From: Lophium mytilinum | Taxonomy: Eukaryota | NCBI GenBank assembly: GCA_010093605.1 | Contig: MU004182.1 | Coordinates: 1,521,032 to 1,585,031, forward strand | Reading direction: 5' to 3' | DNA length: 64,000 nt | Shown here: positions 47,943 through 62,663 of the stretch, one piece after another | Layout: each line of letters opens with the position of its first letter | How positions within the stretch are numbered: the stretch's first letter is position 1 | Notes under the pieces: model-generated | The model's database searches: none | Seen by the model: only the letters and a program-made list of their open reading frames with translations | What the model was told of the DNA's origin: nothing | Program-made: the position numbers and the translations under genes

Positions 47943-50900
47943 TAAAGTAGCTACTAGAAGTTTCTAGAAGTACTTTTTTCTACCTACCTACTTACCTATA
48001 TATATATCTAGCTAATTTAATAGGCTAAAATTTTAATATATAAACCTAATACCCTCTATATTAATATAAGGAAGGCTTAGAAGAAGGCTCTATAATCTTA
48101 TAGTAAGAACTCTATATACCCTGCTAATTAGAGGCGCGCAGGCCCTATATACCTACTTACTATTACACGTAACTAACTAATATAAGTATAGTTACTTTCT
48201 ACTAATAGAGTAAGAACTATATATACTCTATTAGTAATAGGCTAGCGCATAGACTCTATATACCTACTTACTACTATTACGCGCAACTAACTAGTTTATA
48301 TATAGTTATTCTATTTTTATTTACTAATTAAAGGCAGCCGCTAAGTATAGTACTAGCTACCCTAGAAAGCACGCCTACTTTTAAGCTTTTATAAAGGACC
48401 TACACCCTCTACCTTATACTAACCTTTCTTATTAAATAGTTAATAAATACTTACTAGTAAAGATATAAATAATACCTCTAAGACTAGCTATACTAAGCTA
48501 TAGTAGAAAAACTCTAACTCTATATAGTATAGCTATACTAAGCGCGTAGTCTATAGATTTACCTTCTAGCGGCATAGCTAATAAGCGTCTAGTTATTCTT
48601 ACTTATACTCCTGCCCTCCCTACTAACTTATAAGCTACTTAATCTACTTTTATATTTAACTCTTAAAAGGCGCATAAGCTTAATTACTAAGAAAAGAAAG
48701 CCGCCTATAAAATAGGCGGCGGAGAAGTATTATAATACTAACTAACTATAACTCTAGAAGCTCTTACTATACGCACTAAAAAATTTAGTAATCTAGAACT
48801 AGATATTTACCTTCTACTAAATTAATTTAGTACTAACCTACTATAAAGCTAAGCCTATTATAACCTTACTAACTCTACTAAGTAGAATACTAATAATAAG
48901 GCCTATATAGATTAAGGTAAAGATAAAGAGAATTTTAAGTTATTTACTAAAATATCTATATCTTAAGCTATCTAATTTACTAAACCCCTAGTTAATCTAA
49001 CTACTCTATCCTTCTTCTAAATTCTAATTATATTAAAGGACTAGGTTATTACCTCTACTACTAATACTATTATAATTCTAAATACCTACTCTAGCTAAGA
49101 ATAGCCTAATATAGCTAACGCAGGCGCAAGTTCTACTAGAACTAGCGGCTAACTACCTAATTATTAATAGTCCCTTCTTATAGATAATAATAATAGTATA
49201 GTCTTTACTATTAACTAAGCTAGGAATAGCTAATCTATTAATATTACTATTAATAATATAGAAGAGCTCTATAATATAGCTTAAAATAAATATATTAGTA
49301 TTTATACTATACTACTTAACTATTACTAAGAACTAAGTAAGTTATATAAAGATGTTAGAAATATAGCGGTAGCTATTTAATAGAAAGATAATAAGATTAT
49401 ATAACTTTAAGAATAGAATATAGGCATGTTAAATAAGGTTAAACTTAAAAACCTCTATAACTAATATATAAAGCTCTATTACTAGATAGCTAAAATATAT
49501 ACTAACGCTACTAACTTTACTAATAAGCGTAATTACCTTACTAAGCAGCTAGCGGATAAGTATAAGAAGAATAATACTTAGACTATTCTTATTACTAAGC
49601 TTAGCGTTAAGATTAAAGGCCTTACTACTAAGATAGCTAAGGTTACCTTTTACCGCAATTAATATTAATAGTAGTATAATACCTTTTACGCCTAAGGTAT
49701 AGAATATAAAAAGAAGTATAAGTAAGCTATATAGTAGTAACCCTAAATATACTTCTAATAAGATAATACTACTATCTATAGTAACTATAGCTACCTCTCT
49801 AATAAAGGTAATAATAATAAGCTATCTAACTATAACTACTTTACCTAGCCTAACTTCTTATATAATCTAAACGCCTAACCTACTATAAACTTATATTAGC
49901 TATATACTAAGTTCCACAACCTATAGAAGTTTAAAAAACATAATAACTAGTCTAAATATAAATTATAGAAAGCTTACGCCTATACTATCTTCTATAATAA
50001 GCCTTAAAACTTCCGCGATAAATAAGCTAAGCTTAAGTACATTAAATTATACTATATAGAATTTACTAATAGCGTAGTATATAATTGCACCTAATAGAAC
50101 CGCCCTATAAATAATAACTTTAAAATAGTTAAAGAGATATTTAAGATAATAGACCCTTACTTTATAATTAAAGATAAGGCTATAGCTATAAATAATAAGC
50201 TCTATAGCTAGCAGGCGTATATAAAGTATAATAAGAAATAGTCTATTTTCCTCCTTTAATTCTAGAAAATAATTTCTATAGATAATAATAGAGAGATAGA
50301 CTTTATTAATTAAAAGGGATAGCTTAAGCGCCTTATTACCCCTAAACTCTAGACTTAGGTCTTTAGCGCCGCTAATAACTATACATTCTAGCTAGAACTA
50401 GTTACCGCTATTAACCGCGCAGTATTATATCTTGCTAGCGAGCGCAAACGCGCCCGCAAATAGTAATATTCTAACGGCCCTTTCTAGAATAATAGTAATA
50501 GCTTAAAATATACTAATAAGCTATTTACTAATAAGTCTAATTATAGCTTCTAATAGAACTTTAACTATAACTCTAAGATATACTTATTATATTCTATTAT
50601 AGATAATAGCTTACGCTGCTAAGACTATAATAGCAACACCCGCCGCATTTATCTCCCTCCTGCGGTAACTAAAGTCCTTAGTAAATAGAATAAGAATATC
50701 TACTATAACTATCTTAAGATAGAATATTATATATTAGATTATAACTATTTCTATATAAAGAACGCCTCTCCCTCTAAAAAAATAGTATAATAACGCCTTA
50801 TCTATTTCTAAAAAGGGCTAGATCTAAAGCTCTCTATAATTTACTATATAGATAATTCTGCATCTAATATTAAGCTTAGTAACGCCCTTACTACTATTAA

Positions 50901-51866
50901 CTATAATAGTAGTAATAATAACGCTATATAAGAAAACTTCTTAAATAGTAAGAATTTTCCCTAGGCTTTAACTATAGTTATAGTTAGAGTCTAGTAGATA
51001 TTTATCTAAGTATATTAGTTGCCTGCATTTACGAACTAGAGTAACTACTCTCTAAGCTAGATAAACTCTAGCTTTTAGCCTACGCTATTAATTCTTCTAA
51101 GAAAGTTATATAAGGAAAATAGCTTAACTTTAAATATAGAATTTATACTTCTACTACTAGTATTATTAATAGTAGGTACTTAATAGATATAGGCTACTTA
51201 TATCTAGCTTTTATATTATATATATTTATAAAAACCTAGAAGCTTATAACTATTATAATTACTAAACTAATATCTCTATAGCTCGCTAATAGTTACTCTA
51301 TACTAATAGTTACGCATAAAGCCTAGATTATACTATTACTTAGCGCTTATATTAAATACCTATAGTACTATATTACTAACCTTTAAGGCTATAATATTAT
51401 CCTTAGTATATTCTAGTTTAAGTACTATAAGCCCTATTCTATATAGAGAGAGTACGCTCTAGACTTTAACTCTAACTACTATGTAAGCTACTACCTATAT
51501 ATAGATAGCTGCCGGCGCATCTAGAGTAATAGCTATAACTAAGATATTATCTATAAAGGAAAGAAACTATATAATAGCGCCTTATATAAAATTATTAATT
51601 ATTACTATAAGCTTAGCCTTAACCTAGATAAAGCTAATAACTTTCTTACTAAATATTATAAACTTACCTATAAAGGTAAGAAAGATACTATTATCTAACT
51701 ATAGAATAAAGACTTTAATAAGCTTTACTATCTTAACGCCTATAAAAATAAGGCTACCTATACTAGTACTATAGCTAATAATCTAGCCCTCTATAGACTT
51801 AATAAGCTAAATAAGGCTCTAGCTTAGAAATAAGCTATATTTATATCTAATCTCTTTATAATTAAC

Positions 51867-52100
51867 TATTATAGATAAGCTATTATTACAGGCCGTGCAT
51901 ATATACAACGGGCAGTTATACGGCAGCGTTATTATAAGGTCTTAAATACGTAGTATAGAACTATTATATATTAGTAGAAGTATTAGAGGCTAACCCTCTA
52001 ATATATTATAGCTATCTATTCTAGTTTTATAACTATTTCTTTCTTTCTATTACCTACCTTTATATTACCTACACTCTATAGGGTTATATTATATATAATA
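51867..52100 (-). repeat. 3' LTR of Gypsy D
   Basis: Direct repeat of 62430-62663; the differences seen are transitions. Confidence 0.93.
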
Positions 52101-52159
52101 ATTACCGCGCCTAAGAATTATCTCTTCCGAGACGGTGTAATAAAGAAGGAGTATAGTAC

Positions 52160-55100
52160 TTAGCCCCGGCTACGGCTACCTCTACTATTACTGCCGCCGC
52201 AACCTTATTTTCTAGATAGTGTTGTTTATATCTTTATAGGCGTGTCTATCTCTATAGCTTATAGCTTTACCTTCTCTATTAGTTAGGTCTTTCTAGTAGA
52301 GTATCTTAATATAGGTAGATATTTCTTCTTTAGCCGCTTATTACTAATAAGGACTTATAGCTATTTAGTTTACTTCTTTTATTTAACTTCTTTATCTTTA
52401 GTAAGATTAGAGTATACTATAGCTGCGCCGGCGACTTCTTCTTATATAATATTGTTATTCTTCTTGCTAGTAGAGTAGTTAGAGGGGTTATTACTAGTAG
52501 AGTTATTATAGGTAGAGTTATTATAGGTAGGGTTATTATTATTATAGGTATAATTATTACTAGCAAGGTTATTATAGAGAGGCTATTTATCCTTACTATT
52601 ATTCTCGCTGCTAGGTATATAGCTATTAATATTAACTATTATTATATTAATCTTCTTCTTAATAATCTCTTTATTCTTACTATCTAATATATTCTATGCG
52701 GCCGGCTTTATTAAATTACGGAGTTCTAGAGGAGTTGCGCTTAGGTTTACTAGGTTGTTATTATCTAAGGCTACTTACTTATTCTTATTAACTATAGTAT
52801 TATTATAGTTTACTCTAGATAATAAGTTCTTTAGGTAATTATATTTAATGCGGAAGCTGTTAGACTCTTATTATTCTAGCTTTAGTTACGCCTAAGTTAT
52901 ACCGGTTCTAGTTATAGAATTATCCTTTAATAGCTTCTACTTTATAGTTATTACTTTTAGTACGCCGCTACTTATTATACTCTTTAGCTTTACTAGTACG
53001 GGTTCTACTAGAGTTAGTATTAATAACACTAGGTAGCCGCGTAGAGGTATTATAGGCTTTAGCCTATTATACTATATAGATAGCTTTCTAGATAGTATCT
53101 TATTAGTATCTCTTACGCCGCGTTATAATTTTAGAGTATCTATTAGTAATATATATAAAGTATATAGTAATTTCCCGCTCTACTAAAAAGGTTCTATTAG
53201 TATCTTTTTCTACTTAGCGGTATAAGCTTATAAACTAGTAGTTATTACCGCAGGTTCTATTAAAGCCGCTAATATAATAAACCCTAGTTCCTCTAGTATT
53301 ATCTTAGGTATATAGGGTTAGCTTACTAGTAATATTATCTTAATAGGTTATACCGCGTAAGAGTTAAAGTTAGTTTCTTGCGGCTTATTATTATTTATAA
53401 GAAAGGTAGAGGTAGTTATTACTACTCTACTTATTAGAGGTAGTAGAAGAATATTATATTCTAGAAGGGCCCGCACCCCTTAATTAATGCCTGCACCCCT
53501 TATAATAATATTCTATAGGTTAGCCTCTATTACTTTAATAGCCTTCTTATTAAGGCTTATATATAAGTTACTACTCTTATAAATTAGTTACTAGAACGCT
53601 ATAGTAATAGCGGCGCTATTATTAATTCTTTCTAAGTACTTCTCTATATCTTAAAGAAGAGCTTAATAAGCCCTAGTTTTCTATATAGGCATGCCTTAGG
53701 TAATAGTATTAACGCTAGCTAGAGTAGTAAGCGCTAATAATATTCTATCTATAGCTTATGCGGTCTTCTTATATATAAAGCTTTAAGTAGTCTATCTATA
53801 GTAGATGCGGGCGTAAATACTCTATAAGATATAGCTAGCGCCTATAATTAGGCGTTAGTCTTAAGTAGTTCTAAATCCGGCTTCTTTACCGCTCTCTAAT
53901 TATTTAGCCTAGGTAAGAAGTTTAGTCTTACGCGTAAGTTTCTCTTAGAGCGTGTTTACCTTATTCTAGAGCTTATTTCTCTACGCCTTTATCTTTATAT
54001 AGCCTATTAAGTTATCTTATAGATTACGCTTAGCTATATAGAACTTCTTAGCTAGAATTCTAGCTTATAGTAAGTTAAAAAGTATTACTAGAGTATAGTT
54101 TACTATTATATACTTAATAGTCTTCTAGAGCTCTTTATTAATAGTAAGCTTCTTTACTATCTTCTACTCTACTTTCTTAGCGTTCTTATAGGTAGCCTGC
54201 GGTTTAAACTTACTAGGGCGGTCTATAGAAAAGACCTCCTTAATATAGACCTAGTAAGCTTTATTCTAACTATAGATTTCTTCTCTAATTACTATATTAT
54301 AATAGATAGTATAGCGCTAATATACTATCTATAATATAAATATATTCTATATAGCTTACTATTAACTAGAGTTCTCTATATAGGCTTCTTCTAAGTTATT
54401 TTTATTATACTCTATTTTCTCTTTAGGCTCTAACTAGTCTATAATATTAGAAATCTAGGTCTTTTTAAGGCAACCTTACTAGTCTATATCTAGCCGGCCA
54501 CTATATAGCTATAGCTTATTACTCTTACCCTTCTAAACTTTAGATATAAAGCCGCCGTCTCTACTCTTTATTAAATTATTAGAGTTATTATTAGATAGTT
54601 CTAGGGCGTTATTATTATTATTCTTATTACTTGCAACGGCAACCTTTAGTAGTTATATATCTAGATCTTTATAGCTTATATACTTATCTTATATAAATTA
54701 TAGAATAACACCTTTATAGATAAGAGATATTTATAGCTTATATTTATTCTATATAATATATATAGTCTCTTTTAGGTTTTATTACTATGCTTAAATTCTA
54801 GAAGAACTTAGTATAGGGGGGTGCTTAGGTACTTTCACTTTAGAAACTATTATACTAAGGTTTAAGCGGACTTCTTCTTTACTATATAGTATACTTACTC
54901 TAAATATAAGTAAGTAGTAACTATTTTATTCTACTACTACTATTTTATATAGCTTCTCTATATAATCTCTAAGGAGACCTCCTTACTTTATAAAGGTTGC
55001 TAGGTATATTATAGCTAAGGTTACTATAGTTATCTTACTCTATATAACTAGAAGTAATAGCTTATTTATATACTAGTCTATTAATTATATATTTATAGGC

Positions 55101-55270
55101 GGCTAATTAGCCGGGTTATTTATTACTAGATACTAAAGAGTAAAGAGCTTAAACTTATAGCGGGCCGCGCCGTAGTAAGTATATTTATTCTTCTTCTTAT
55201 TCTTAATAAGGTCTTTAGGCAGGGCGCCTTCTCTATTATCTACTTTCTAGATGCGGGAGAACACAGCTAT
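52160..55270 (-). pseudogene. Additional ORF relic (~1000 codons, unknown function) downstream of pol in Gypsy D
   Basis: Protein-like codon runs on the pol strand. Asn/Lys runs consistent with RIP-converted Asp/Glu tracts (~54560-54630 and ~52480-52570). Basic C-terminus ending GCGGSNSRGSRSRG* at 52160. Frame changes by eye suggest introns or indels. Confidence 0.6.
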
Positions 55271-55319
55271 ATTACTGCAGGGGGGGGTTACTAACCTTTA
55301 GTTATGCGATAAGGTTGTT

Positions 55320-55367
55320 AAAAGATAAAGGTATTAAAAGATAAAGGTATTAAAAGATAAAGGTATT
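55320..55367. repeat. Tandem repeat, 3 x 16 bp (AAAAGATAAAGGTATT)
   Basis: Three exact copies between the pol stop and the extra ORF of element D. Confidence 0.9.
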
Positions 55368-58300
55368 AGTCTAAGAATAAGTTATTATAATATAGGCTAA
55401 GCGCTTAGACTATATTACTTAATAATACTATAAACAGCCTTATTGCTTACTAATAGTATAGAAGAATAGTTGCTAAAACGCTAACCTACTAAGAGTTTAT
55501 TACTTAGTAATAGCGCGGAGTAATAGTCGCCTAAATACTAAAAGTTTAAAGTAGTTAATATAAGGTCTTCTTCCAGCGCGCCTTAAATTTAGCTACTATA
55601 TCTAGAATATCTTCTTATAGCTATATAACAGGTTCTTATAATATTTTATTATAATTTTTCCACTTAACTTTATACTTATTACCGTCTTTAGTTATAATAT
55701 AGTATAGAATCTTCTCTATAACCTATTACTCTACTTCTTCTATAATAACTAGCTATAGAGAAGAATGCGTATAGTTATATAGGTTAGCTATAGCTTACTC
55801 TAGATATACTACGCTAATAACTAGATATATATAACTAAATTTCTTTAGTAACTCTAGTTTATATACTAGCTTACTAATTTATTACTTTATTCTAAATAGC
55901 TCTACTTTAACTAGCGACAGTAAAGAGCTGTTAGGAAGTTAATATTTAATCTTAGTGCCTTTTACTACTTTTAGGTAGACTAAGCCTATAAGGTTAGGCG
56001 GCGTATACTTCTTATTATAGTATATTACTATCTTAGCTTATACTAGCTTTAGCGCGTTAGTAACTTCTAAGTAAATAATCTTATAGTTCTATAAAAACTC
56101 TATATCTTATATATTAGAGTTATAAAAGGTCTTTAGCGTTATACTATAAGTAACTTTAAATAGGGTAAAGCCTATAGAGGTAGTAACTGCAGTATTAATT
56201 ATATATTCTACCTATAGTAGTAAGCTCTACTATATAACCTTATATTAGCTAATAAGAAGGCATTATAATATTATCTTAATAACTTAGTTTATGCGCTCTA
56301 CTTATCTATCTATAGAAGGGTAATAGAATATTATTATTTAGAGATTAACTTTATAGCGCGTAAATAGTTCTTTCTAGAAGGCGCTTATAAACTTAGAATC
56401 GCAATTACTAATAATACTATCTAGTAATCCCTAGTTACAGCAGACTCTATTAAAGAACCTCTGCGCCTATACTTCTACTAAGTTAGTATCTTTACTAATA
56501 ATTAGGCGGACTATCTTTATAAACTTATTAGTAACTATTAGTATAATATTATTATCTTCTATAGAAAGTAGCAGCGCTACTATAAAATTAATTACAACTA
56601 TTTAGAAAGGCTTATCTAGTACTAGAATAGGCTATAGAAGTCTAAATAGCTTCTACTTTCTTATTTTAGAGACCTTATACGCTAGATAAGCTAGAACCTA
56701 TTCTTTAAGCTTACTATAAAGCTTTAGAGTAAAAATCTTATAGCGTAATTAATAGTATATTCTAGTACTACTATTATAGCCTATATATTTATAGGCCTTC
56801 TTAATAGCGTCTATAACTATATTACTTAGTAGATAGAGGCGGCTGTAATTCTTATCTCTAATATATAGTAAGCCGTCCTTAAGAATAAAGCTATAGTAGT
56901 AAAAGGCTTTACCTTTTACTACCTTCTTCTATATATATTCTAGAATTATTTAGAATATCTTATTTTTTCTTAAGTTAGCTATAATCTTTATATAATATTT
57001 AGGTTTAATATACACTATTATTATAGCTATATACTGCGCTAGGTTACTATTTTCTCTTATAGAGTCCCCTATTACAGGTAGTCTAGATAAACTATTAGCA
57101 TTTTTATAGTATTTCCCGGGTTTATAAATAATCTTTATTCTTAGAAAGGTAGAGAGGTATAGTTTCTATTTATAGAGTCTTACTAACTATCTTTTCTTAC
57201 TACTAGTCTAGAGGGCTAATTTTAAGGCCTTATAGTTAATATAGACTATAAAGTTATTACTATTAAGATAATACTAAAGCTTATAGAGTACCTAAACTAG
57301 GGCTCCTGCTTCTAGTTCTATTATCTAGTAGTTCTTTTTATATTTTTTAAGTGCATAACTAATATAGGTAACTAGTTATTCTACCTTATTAGCTTCTATC
57401 TAGTATAGGGCGTATCTATATCCTCTCTCTTTAGAGCTATTAATATAAATAATAAATAGCCTATAGTAGTTAGATAGTACTAGTATAGGTTATTTATATA
57501 GCTTACTCTTTATAAGCTTCTATGCGCCTAGACACTCTTAAAAAGAATTAGTAATAGCCTATTACTAGGTATATATCTTCCGCGCACGGCCTTTTAGCAG
57601 GCTATCCTTTAGACTAACTAGTTTTAGTTCTTATAGTAGTTAAATTATTTCTATAAAGCCCTTAATATACTTATAGTACTATTTAAAGAATATAAGTTTT
57701 AATTCTAGTTTCTATAGCGTCTTTAGAAACTATATATTATAGATAGCTTCTATTTTTTCTTTAGTAGTACTTAGTTCTAGTTATAATATATAGTAACTAA
57801 GAAGATCTAGGCTAGAGTATATAAAATAGCACTTAGCTAATAATAGTGTAACTCCGGCTAACTCTAGCGCTATAAGATACTTATTAAGGTGTTATATATA
57901 TTCTTCTTTTAACCGGAAGTATACTAGAATGTTATTAATATATACTATAATAAACTTCTATAGGTATAGCCTAAATAGCGTCTCTATATAATATTAGAAG
58001 AAGCCTAGAGTATTTACTAAGTCTATTATAGTAATAGTAAGTTATTTATAGCCCCTATAGATAGAAATAAAACCTATTTTCTATCTATTACTCTCCTTAA
58101 GTTATTATTAGAAGAAGCCTTTAGTTATATCTATTAAGAAGAAGATAACAGCTCCCCCTAAGAGGTTAAAGATATTATTCTATTTTAGTAAGGGGTATAC
58201 GTCTAGATATAGCTTTATATTAACCTTCTAAAGGTTAACTACTACTTATAGCTTTCTATTTCTCTATATAATAAATGCTAGAGAAGCTGCTACTAAAGGT

Positions 58301-61300
58301 TATTCTAGAGGAATCTTTTTAACTTATTCTTATACTATTAGGGGGTTAAGAACTTTATCTATAGCCTTCTTATCTTATTCTAATAGCCTATAGGCTCTCT
58401 ACTTTAGGCTATAGATATTCTTTTTATCTATAAATAGTATTAGCATTTTAATACTATTATTAAATAGCCTAAGAGCTTTATTCTATAGCTTACTATACTT
58501 CTAGAGGTACTTAAGTACTTATTCTTTATAACTCTAGTCCTATTTATAGATGTTAGCTTAGAGTAAGTCTATAAGGGTGTCTTTCTTAGGGTTTATAATA
58601 AATAGAATATCTATTTCCGGGGCGTTATCTTTAATATCTTTTTAAAGCGTATTAGTGTTATTCTTTATAGGCTTTATATAGAGTGCGTCCGGTGTATTAG
58701 CTTTACCTAATTCTACGGGGATATTATCTTTAGCAGGTTTCGCCTAAAAGACTTGCGTAAGATTTACTTTAACATTCTATTCTTTTTAATTCTCGCTGTA
58801 GAAAGGTTTTATGTAGCCTATTTAGCGGCCTTTCTTAAGAATAAGTAGTCTTAACCTAAAGTTTAAGAACGGGATATTATTATTAGTATCTACTAGTAGT
58901 GCACGCGCTCTAAAGCTATAGATATTATTCTCTATATCTATAAAGTCTATATGCGGTTTAAATAATTATAGGCCTAGTTTCTATATAGAATAATGTGCCG
59001 GAATATTAAGGCTATATTCTAGCTTAATAATAATATCTGCTATTAGAAACACTCTAGTTGCCTTTACTTTTAGCTTTTATTTAGCGGGAATATTCTTTGC
59101 AAGAAGTTCTAGCAGGAAGAACCGGTCTCCTTATTATAATCTATTAATTTCTAGCTTATCCTTCTATATAAGGTTAAGGCCTACTAATTATAAATTATTA
59201 ATACTAAGAAGGAGCCCGCAGTCTAAATAGGGGATAATATAAGCCTCTATAGGCAAGTTAAGATTATATCTATTAGTATCTATTAATGTAATAATAATAT
59301 TTACCTAAGCTCTTAAGCGGACTACTTTATCTATAATGCCTAATATTTAAATGCTTTTTTTTCTAGGTATTTTAACTACTTATAGGTAATACTATTTTAT
59401 CTATTTATTATCTATAAGCGTAATAATAGTCCCTAAATCTAGTATTATAGTAAAAGGTATACTAGCGGGGGTACTAGCCTTTAGCTTAATACTAATATAC
59501 TATAAAAACCTATCTTCTAGTTAAATATACTTTATAATTTATACTTAATATACTCTAGCGGCATTATAATATAAAGATATTAGGTTGTTATCGGCCGGGG
59601 TTTATAGTTGCGGAATATAACTAGACGTTAACGCTCTAAGTTCTTATTTTCTAAGTCTTAGAGTAGTTGTTCTAATAGTTCCTTAGTATATAAAGATATA
59701 TTACTTATATTATTATTAGCTTTATTACCGCCGTCTTTATCTAATATTAGCTCTATTTTATACGCTTTATTTCTAGTTATTACTTTTAACAGCTTATTCT
59801 TATTATTTAGGCAGAATTTACTCTAGTATATCTACCCTATCTTTCCTTATACTTTATAGATAAAGTATTTCCGCAGGGGTAGCTTATTATAATTTTATAT
59901 GTCTAGTTTCTTATCTTAAATAGGTGCTGTTAATACGCCGTACTTCTTACTAGCCTGCGTAATAAGCTACTTAACTCTATCTATAGTACTAGTCTTATCT
60001 GCAGTTCTATAGGTATTCTTCTTACCCTAATTTAAGTATTAGCGCGTACTATTATATGCTAGCCTTACTTATTCTATTCTCTATAGCTTCTCTACTATAG
60101 GTAGTTACTACTAATAGTATTACTAGAAGCTCTAGAGATTATCTCTAGTTTTATAGATCTAAACTATATTTATTAAGTAGGTATTAAGGCTATACTAGAG
60201 TTTATAGATAACTTAGTATTTATTAGTAATGCCCGCTTTATATAGTAGATTAATCTTCTTAATTATATACTATAAGAAGAAGAGCTAATTCTACTTACTA
60301 AAGTAGAACTTTATATTTTACGCTTCCCGTTACGCCTTATATGTTAGCTTGCAATACTATTATACTAGTTAGTCTTTCTAGAATACTAGTCTATAGTTTA
60401 TATTCTCTTAAGCTTATATTAGTAGTAATATATACTATCTAACAGCGTCTTCTTAAAGGTAAAGTAGTAGAAGTATAAGTATAGCTTATTCCCTATATAA
60501 GGCGGCTAGTTAAGTAAACCTTCTAATAAATAGGCTAACTAGTTGTTTAAGAGGGTTAAAGAGCATAATATTGCTAGGCCGGAGTTTTAGCAGTTAAATA
60601 TTTACTAACGGCTGCGGCTACTAGGTGTACCTAGGTACTTAACTAGAGGAGTTATTAAAAGACTAGAGTTAGTAGTTATTCTATAGTTATAGCGCGTTTA
60701 ATAGAGGTTATTACGGCTGCCAGCCTAGGGCTTTAAACTATCTATAGCCGGGAGGGGGTTGCCTAAACTATCTATACTAGCTAAGAGAAACTTATCTAAA
60801 CTATCTATACTATCTAAGAGAAGCTTAAGATAGAGCTTATCTAAATAGTTCTTAGGGTAGAGCTTATCTAAAAGGTTCTAAAGGTAGAGCTTATTTAAAA
60901 GGTTCTAGGGGTAGAGCTTATCTAAACTTCTCTATCTCTTTACGCGCTTTAAGTTAATTAATGCGGCTAAGAATCTCCTAAAAGATTCTATTATTACTAT
61001 CTTTAATTATATTTTAGTTATAATATTAGTTGTAATATTAGTTATAATCGCCTTAGAGTAAGTTAGCTTACTTAGATATTATATTATCTTTAATAGAGGG
61101 TATAATATTCTATTTATACTAAAATATAATATTATCTAAGTTACTTATTATTTTACCTAGTTCTTATTAAAAACGGGCTATAATAGTACTAACGTATTAA
61201 AGGCCTTCTTATAGGCTGGAAAATATATAATTTATATACTTTAGGTTAAAGAGGTTAAGAACTTCTAATATTAGGTCCTTCTAGCGTTTATTTATTATTA

Positions 61301-62429
61301 TCTTTACTATCCCTCTTGCTTGCCCTTAAAGTGCTAATCTAATCTTAGCAACCTATAGAGGGTACTCTACTTATTACTAGAGAAGAGTTCTAATAAATAG
61401 CGCATCTCTCTTAAATTATTTCTTAGTGTATTAAGCAGCTAGTTCTAGCGTCTTCTTTAGTAGACCTTGCGTGCGCTTATTACACGGAGGTATTATTAGT
61501 CTCTATATAGTTACTCTCTATATAGTTACTTTCTATTTTTATTAATTATATACTGCCTATAGGCGTTAAAATAGTATTACTATCTTTACTTTACTAGAGG
61601 TTATTTCTAGCTATATATTATCTAGAGTGTTATTATTAAGTATTAAATAGATATCTTCTATTAGGGCCTCTAGAGCTTATTATTAAATATCGCCGGTAGA
61701 GTCTTATTACTACATTTTAGGAATAACTAGATTATTTACTGCTGCGGGAAAGTCTATAAGGACTATATTTAAGATAAATAATAGATTATTCTCTATAGAT
61801 AGTATCTTAAGATCTACTCTCTATATAGTAAGATAATAAGTAGTTTAAATAGAATTAGTAGAGAGGCTATTAAGAATATATATCTCTATACTTAATTCTC
61901 CGCTAGCAGCTATAACTAACTATATTAATAATATGTCTTATATAATAATCTATAGTACTAATTAAAAGTAGCCGGAGATAAGAATAACTTAGAGTATAAT
62001 GTTTCTTAAAGCTTACTAAATTAGAGACAGGGCTTACTTATAGCTATTATTATGTACTTATCTATATAGCTCGCGTATATATAATAGTAGTCTAGCTTAT
62101 ACTATTAAAAATTATTTTAACTTATTATTATTATAGGTAAGTAGTGTAGAGTAGTAATAGGTTATATATTATTATTTTTCTAGTAGTGCTTTCTACTATT
62201 AGTAGTTATTATTAGCTCTTTCTTACTAATATATCTATACTAATAAATCTAATATAGTAATTATTAGAGATAGAGGAGAGAGTATTAGCTACTACTATAG
62301 CTGCTATTACTTTACTCTATACTGCTACTTATCGCTTTTATAGAATAGAGGTAAGGTAAGATTTAATAGAAAGAGGAGATATATAGTGCTAGGCTAAGAG
62401 TTTTAAAATTATCTATCTTAGCTACTAAC

Positions 62430-62663
62430 TATTATAGATAAGCTATTATTACAGGCTATATATATATATAACGGGCAGTTATATAGTAGCGTTATTATAA
62501 GGTCTTAAATATATAGTATAGAACTATTATATATTAGTAGAAGTATTAGAGGCTAACCCTCTAACACGTTATAGCTATCTATTCTAGTCTTATAACTATT
62601 TCTTTCTTTCTATTACCTGCCTTTATATTACCTGCACCCTATAGAGTTACGTTATATATAATA
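62430..62663 (-). repeat. 5' LTR of Gypsy D
   Basis: Direct repeat of 51867-52100, followed by TSD TTAAC. Confidence 0.93.

Larger units (their letters stand above)
51867..62663 (-). mobile_element. Complete long Ty3/Gypsy chromovirus relic D (10797 bp) nested in pol of C
   Basis: Two 234-bp direct LTRs; TSD TTAAC at 51862-51866 and 62664-62668. PBS-like GTTAGTAGC on the minus strand next to the right LTR. gag ~62000-59700; RT VYINNILVY ~57940; RNase H ~57300; integrase ~56200-56800; chromodomain YKVKWKNY ~55670. Confidence 0.93.
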
